Part shown: one piece after another, positions 62,589 to 64,000 of the stretch
Layout: every line of letters starts with the position of its first letter
Numbering within the stretch: position 1 is the stretch's first letter
Source: Alphaproteobacteria bacterium
Lineage (GTDB): Bacteria > Pseudomonadota > Alphaproteobacteria > Rs-D84
DNA length: 64,000 nt
Reading direction: 5' to 3'
NCBI GenBank assembly: GCA_017505705.1
Contig: JAFVOS010000008.1
Location: 880-64,879, forward strand
Program-made: the position numbers and the translations under genes
The notes under the pieces: generated by a model
Seen by the model: only the letters and a program-made list of their open reading frames with translations
Told to the model about the DNA's origin: nothing
The model's database searches: none

Positions 62589-64000
62589 AATCAAAAGTAT
62601 TAATTCAAATCAAAACCGTCGTGACAACTCTGGTTGGTTTTTAGGGTTGTTTGCGGTACTGTTTGTAATGATGATTGGGCGTGCATTTTTGGTTGGTGGG
62701 GCGCCGGTGATTGGTATGAATGGGGCAATTAATACGTCACGTCCTGTTGTTCTGAACTTTTCAGATGTGCTGCGTCGTGCCGATGATATACAAACGATGG
62801 AGGTTCGTGGAAACGCCGCCCATGGTGTGTTAAAAGACGGTACAAAATATACCGCAACAATCACATACGACCCAGAATTATTAACCAAGATATCAGAATC
62901 CGGGGCCAGTGTATCAATTGATGCATCACGTGGTTTTGCGGATATTCTGGGCACATGGTTCCCAATTGTTTTGGGATTATTCTTCATCTGGTGGATTTTT
63001 CGTGGCATGCGTGGTGGTGCTGGTGGCTTGGGGCGCAGCCTGGTCAGTCAAAACCCAACAAAAATTACCACTGGCAAACCCGGCACTACGTTCAAAGATG
63101 TTGCTGGGATTGATTCTGAAAAACAGGAACTGGCCGAGGTTGTAGATTTTCTTAAAAACAAAGACAAATATCAAAGCGTTGGTGCACGTGTTCCACGTGG
63201 CGTATTATTGTCTGGTGAACCAGGTACTGGTAAAACATTATTGGCACGTGCAATCGCCGGCGAAGCCAATGTTCCATTTTTTGCGACATCTGGGTCTGAT
63301 TTTTCTGGTATTATTGTTGGGCTGGGGGTTGCAAAAATCAAAGAAATGTTTGAAATGGCAAAACGCAATGCGCCATGTATCTTGTTTATTGATGAAATAG
63401 ACGCCATTGGTCAGCGACGCAGTGCCCATTCATTTAACGACCAAGATCGTGAACAAACATTAAACCAGTTGTTGATTGAAATGGATGGTTTTGCAAACAA
63501 TACTGGCATCATTGTTATTGGTGCGACCAATCGCCCAGATATGTTGGATTCTGCGCTGTTGCGTCCTGGTCGCTTTGATCGCCAGGTTCACATTGAATTA
63601 CCAGACATGGCCGGCCGTAACGAGATTTTGAATCTGTACGCAGGTCGTGTTAAGATTGATAAAGATGTCAATTTGCATGATGTTGCACGTGGCACAACGG
63701 GCTTTTCTGGTGCGGATTTGGAAAATCTGTTGAACGAAGCGGCGCTGCACGCTGTCCGCAACGGACGCAAAGAAATTTCGCCCATTGATATTGACGAAGC
63801 ACGTGACAAAATCATCATGGGACCACGTAAATTGCGCAAAATGCGCCCAGAAGACATTAAATTAACCGCATATCACGAAGCGGGTCATGCATTCGTCAGC
63901 ATGATGTATTCTGATATCACAGATCCAATTCACAAGGCGACAATCATACCACGTGGTCGTGCCCTGGGGATGGTTCAGCACCTGCCGATTGATGACAAGG
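62557..64000 (+). CDS. ftsH: ATP-dependent zinc metalloprotease FtsH. The 3' end is truncated by the window edge.
   Basis: Two N-terminal TM helices, Walker [19 protein letters not shown], Walker B ILFIDEID, the SRH region and zinc-binding HEAGHA. The ORF is absent from the track because it has no stop within the window. Confidence 0.9.
   Translation, partial: MRKLKNKTANKIKSINSNQNRRDNSGWFLGLFAVLFVMMIGRAFLVGGAPVIGMNGAINTSRPVVLNFSDVLRRADDIQTMEVRGNAAHGVLKDGTKYTATITYDPELLTKISESGASVSIDASRGFADILGTWFPIVLGLFFIWWIFRGMRGGAGGLGRSLVSQNPTKITTGKPGTTFKDVAGIDSEKQELAEVVDFLKNKDKYQSVGARVPRGVLLSGEPGTGKTLLARAIAGEANVPFFATSGSDFSGIIVGLGVAKIKEMFEMAKRNAPCILFIDEIDAIGQRRSAHSFNDQDREQTLNQLLIEMDGFANNTGIIVIGATNRPDMLDSALLRPGRFDRQVHIELPDMAGRNEILNLYAGRVKIDKDVNLHDVARGTTGFSGADLENLLNEAALHAVRNGRKEISPIDIDEARDKIIMGPRKLRKMRPEDIKLTAYHEAGHAFVSMMYSDITDPIHKATIIPRGRALGMVQHLPIDDK

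Noticed and set aside
62610-63857. Multiple short ORFs on both strands at 62.6-63.9 kb, while the long FtsH frame is missing from the track.
   Set aside because: The FtsH reading frame, with Walker A/B, SRH and HEAGH motifs, runs open from 62557 to the window end. It was omitted from the track only because it has no stop in the window. The listed ORFs are frame or antisense artefacts.

Overview
The window is a 64 kb stretch of a moderately AT-rich, likely alphaproteobacterial chromosome; the gene set looks like an intracellular or endosymbiont-like lineage.

The core backbone carries housekeeping genes. Left flank: lysS (3' part), dcd-like, era, queA, tgt, ligA, tig, thyA, rpsA, adk, tatD, holB, a DD-carboxypeptidase, a MiaB/MtaB-family methylthiotransferase and rpoZ. 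Right flank: prfB, groES/groEL, HIT, a DUF167 protein, a LOG-family protein, tilS and ftsH (5' part).

Between rpoZ and an Hsp70-like gene sits a ~28 kb accessory island, roughly 21.46 to 49.81 kb.
- It begins immediately after a tRNA-Ser(GGA) gene.
- It is bounded by a 21-nt direct repeat, actccgccagaaataatcaaa, at 21454-21474 and 49794-49814.

The island carries, in order:
- a large serine recombinase;
- a Dcm-type C5-cytosine methyltransferase followed by an apparently co-transcribed four-gene cassette whose main protein is a MutL/MORC-like GHKL ATPase, a candidate new methylation-linked defence system;
- a MutT/NUDIX gene and a NERD-domain gene;
- a complete C-R-M type II restriction-modification operon;
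- an ASCH-domain gene and AT-rich tandem repeats;
- a phage or GTA-like packaging remnant (large terminase, DUF5681-like protein, ParB-fused DNA methylase) next to a tRNA 3'-fragment;
- a low-GC biosynthetic-looking cluster (HAD hydrolase, two kinase-like proteins, a transketolase-family enzyme, a group II PLP decarboxylase and a NodU/CmcH-type carbamoyltransferase);
- an island-borne tyrS with foreign codon usage;
- a HEPN-domain protein at the right edge.

Two recoding or anomaly sites stand out.
- rpsA contains an in-frame TAA at 14725-14727.
- prfB carries the canonical CTT TGA C +1 frameshift site at 56914-56920 (minus strand).

A second tRNA, tRNA-Arg(CCG), lies on the minus strand at 54887-54963 beside two glycosyltransferases and a eukaryotic-like kinase gene.
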